DNA of 61,078 nucleotides, counting the filler, from Globobulimina sp. (taxonomy: Eukaryota): the NCBI GenBank assembly GCA_003354225.1. It is 18 parts of 18 records of this genome, joined end to end, with 100 filler letters (N's around TTAATTAATTAA, not from the genome) between each part and the next. Parts side by side here need not be neighbours in the genome. Positions count along the whole stretch, not along the records: positions 57,783 to 61,078 come from PIVH01003161.1; 17 more parts are not named here. One strand, 5' to 3'. The position numbers were made by a program, and so were the translations under genes. The notes beneath the pieces are model-generated. The model saw only the letters and a list, made by a program, of their open reading frames with translations, had not been told where the DNA came from and did no database searches. This document shows positions 58,683-61,078 of the stretch, in pieces. Numbering within the stretch: position 1 is the first letter of the stretch; every line of letters begins with the position of its first letter.

Positions 58683-60847
58683 CTATTCAATTTGTGTATA
58701 TTTAAATTCAGTATTTGTTATATATTTAATCATAAAAATAATCCCCAAAATCAATACAATTCCAAGAAATAAATATAAATTAATTAAACCAGAATTATGT
58801 TGTTTAGATTCATTATGATTTAACTCCGCCATGAATTGATTGTGTTTCTCGGTGTTTACTCTTTTGAAATGATTGCTAATTACATCAAGCTGTTGTTTAT
58901 GTTGATGTGTCTTACTAATATCGGATGGAGTCATTGGAGAGGTCCAACTTTCAGTATACATTGTACGTAATTCACCAGATATAAAATTGTTATTTTCTAT
59001 TTCATCATCGATGAATCCATTTATTAAATGTATATAATCAGTTTGATTAAGCCATGAATGAACATATGTTTCACCATTAAATGTTCGGTCTTCTTCAGGC
59101 ATATAATTCCAAAGACCATCAATATACTGTGAATATAGAGGATGTTCTAAATAGGGTTCAAATAATGATAATGCATAATCTTTAATTGCTTGCACATTAT
59201 ATTTACTCTTTGGATTTGAGTATAATATATTTTGTGACTCAGAAACATCCGCTAATATATTAAACAAAAATTTATCATTTACCGGTTGTGTGGCCGCATC
59301 TACATTTTGTGGGTCATTTACAGTTATCGCCCAATCACCGTTCGCGTCGGGTTTGCACCAACCGTCCAACCGCATAAATCCTGCTTTTTCTATCTCTTTA
59401 TTTTGTGCGATATATTTATATAATGAGCCATCTGCAGGATATTGGAAAACCACTGTTGCGCTCTCCAAGTTTCTTAAACCTATATTGAATACAATATGAT
59501 CTCTATCAACGCGATCACTGTAACTATCACCATACATTATTAAGTTATATTGATTTATACCATCCCATGTTACATCATCCTCATTTATTGCATCATAAAT
59601 ACCTGCGAATTGTAATAAAGTTGGGGTCCAATCTAATGCACTAAATAATGAATGCCGTTCTGTTTTATATTGATTGGGTGGAATAGCTCCACCACCAATC
59701 AATGTTATAACCCGTTGATTCCCTTCAAACAGAGTTCCTTTCGTGCCACGAAATGGATAGTTACAGCCAGTATTTTCTATATCTCCGCCATTATCTGCAT
59801 GTAAAAAGAGTATTAAGTGCCAGTGGACATAATTATAAATAGAAACAATATGATGGATCCGGACCTGTAGTAAGTACAAACAAAGTGTTATCCCATTTCT
59901 TTGTATCTTTTAATTTATTTACAATACTTCCGATAATATCATCTGATAATAATAAGACTTCGCAATATTTCATTCGATGAACTGTTTCATTCTTTGTGTT
60001 CCCAACTATTTGTTGACATTTTTTATTATAATTTTTAATAATATCCAATGGACCGTGTGGACTCTACAACAAAATGTAAAAAAAATATAGAAGCTCAAGG
60101 TAGACATTGTAATATAGGAAGACACAAAACTTGCAGCGGGATATAAAAATAGAAAGGAGTGTCTTTTGCAGCCTCAATGTCCAGATATTCCAACACTTTG
60201 TCCCTATATTCATACAAAGTATTATCTAGCATCGATACATCATAATCTTTGCCATCATCGTGTATATCAAATCTGTCACCATTACATCCATCACATTTGT
60301 TTGCTACAATTTTTGCTGTGGTATAGGATATAGCTCCATTATATGGACCAAAATAATGATCAAATCCTTTCGAGACTGGTAACAATGAATGTGTTGCGTA
60401 TCCCAAATGCCTCAAGAAAAGTGTTATAGATATATATGAATGTAATGTGGTTTAAATATAATTAACATACCACTTTCCAACTCCATATGTAGTATAATCA
60501 GAGTTATATGCTTTTAACCATTGTGGCAAAGTGGGCAAACCAACAGGGATTCCGCCAATATGTCCAATACCAAACGGACTCATTTTACCATATCCAGAAT
60601 ACATCGCATATCTTCCCGTTAGAAATTGTGAACGCGAAATGCTGCAAATGAGATGAATATAATGTCTCTGTAAATTTACAGATTCTTCCAATAACTTATC
60701 CATGTTCGGTGTAGGTATTTGGCCGCCATTGAAACTCACATCGTTCCATCCCATATCATCAAACATAATAAATACTATATTTGGCGCTGTTGGTTGCTGT
60801 CCAAATGCAATAATTACTGTTAATGCCAAATATAAAGCGAACCACAT
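58683..60847 (-). CDS. Arylsulfatase B-like sulfatase with signal peptide and C-terminal TM (introns 60411-60470, 60064-60130, 59795-59864)
   Basis: PNIVFIMFDDMGWNDV, CSISRSQFLTGRY, GKWHLG, GFDHYFG, QSPHGP, TDNGG, NYPFRGTKGTLFEG, DWTPTL. Three GT-AG introns each rebuild a conserved motif. Confidence 0.92.
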
Positions 60848-61078
60848 TGTTTCTTCTATAGGTGCTGCAAAACAAAATGACAACGATGTAATTACGAAAA
60901 CAGAGTAACTGTTTTCAAAAAGAACTTTTATTTACAAATCATTATAAGCTTGAATAAGAACATCCTGACTGTAACCCTGCATTACATTGATTGGATAGCT
61001 TGCGTTTATTATCTTGTATTCCATCGGGAAAATTGTGATCAAATTATCGCTCCAAAATATGGGTGAAACTATGCTCAT

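Overview
This window is not one locus. It is 18 unrelated, size-sorted contigs of about 3.3 kb (3302 falling to 3296 bp), joined by an artificial 100-bp spacer (N44-TTAATTAATTAA-N44), so nothing can be inferred from adjacency across spacers. The DNA is AT-rich, gene-dense and eukaryotic: standard code, short GT-AG introns of about 50-215 bp, and a Pol III tRNA-Thr gene. The expanded families resemble those of Foraminifera/Rhizaria (inference). Recognisable genes are casein kinase I, an RGS membrane protein, Josephin-like, AIR1/2-like zinc knuckle, MYST acetyltransferase, two-pore channel, GH79 heparanase-like, PLAA/Doa1, Tudor-SNase-like, SDR, G-alpha, WWE, GH18, multi-CH, MYND, alpha/beta hydrolase, SAM methyltransferase and arylsulfatase. 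Most notable observations: (1) a near-complete Kyakuja-Dileera-Zisupton (KDZ) transposon whose ends are inverted arrays of a 57-58 bp tandem unit and whose transposase has one in-frame TAA; (2) a recurrent motif of about 35 aa (L-x-x-G-[YF]...[IL]P-x-x-I-x-x-[LI]-[CI]-x-x-[YF]) attached to six unrelated proteins, possibly a lineage-specific Cullin-adaptor box; (3) two near-perfect long hairpins just 3' of interrupted genes, one holding copies of the neighbouring coding sequence in its loop; (4) divergent gene pairs with only about 18-81 bp between start codons, and a tRNA 32 bp upstream of an ATG; (5) several predicted pseudo-enzymes (G-alpha with catalytic Gln to Arg, Josephin lacking the catalytic His, sulfatase with CSISR). 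All family calls come from motif recognition; no searches were run.
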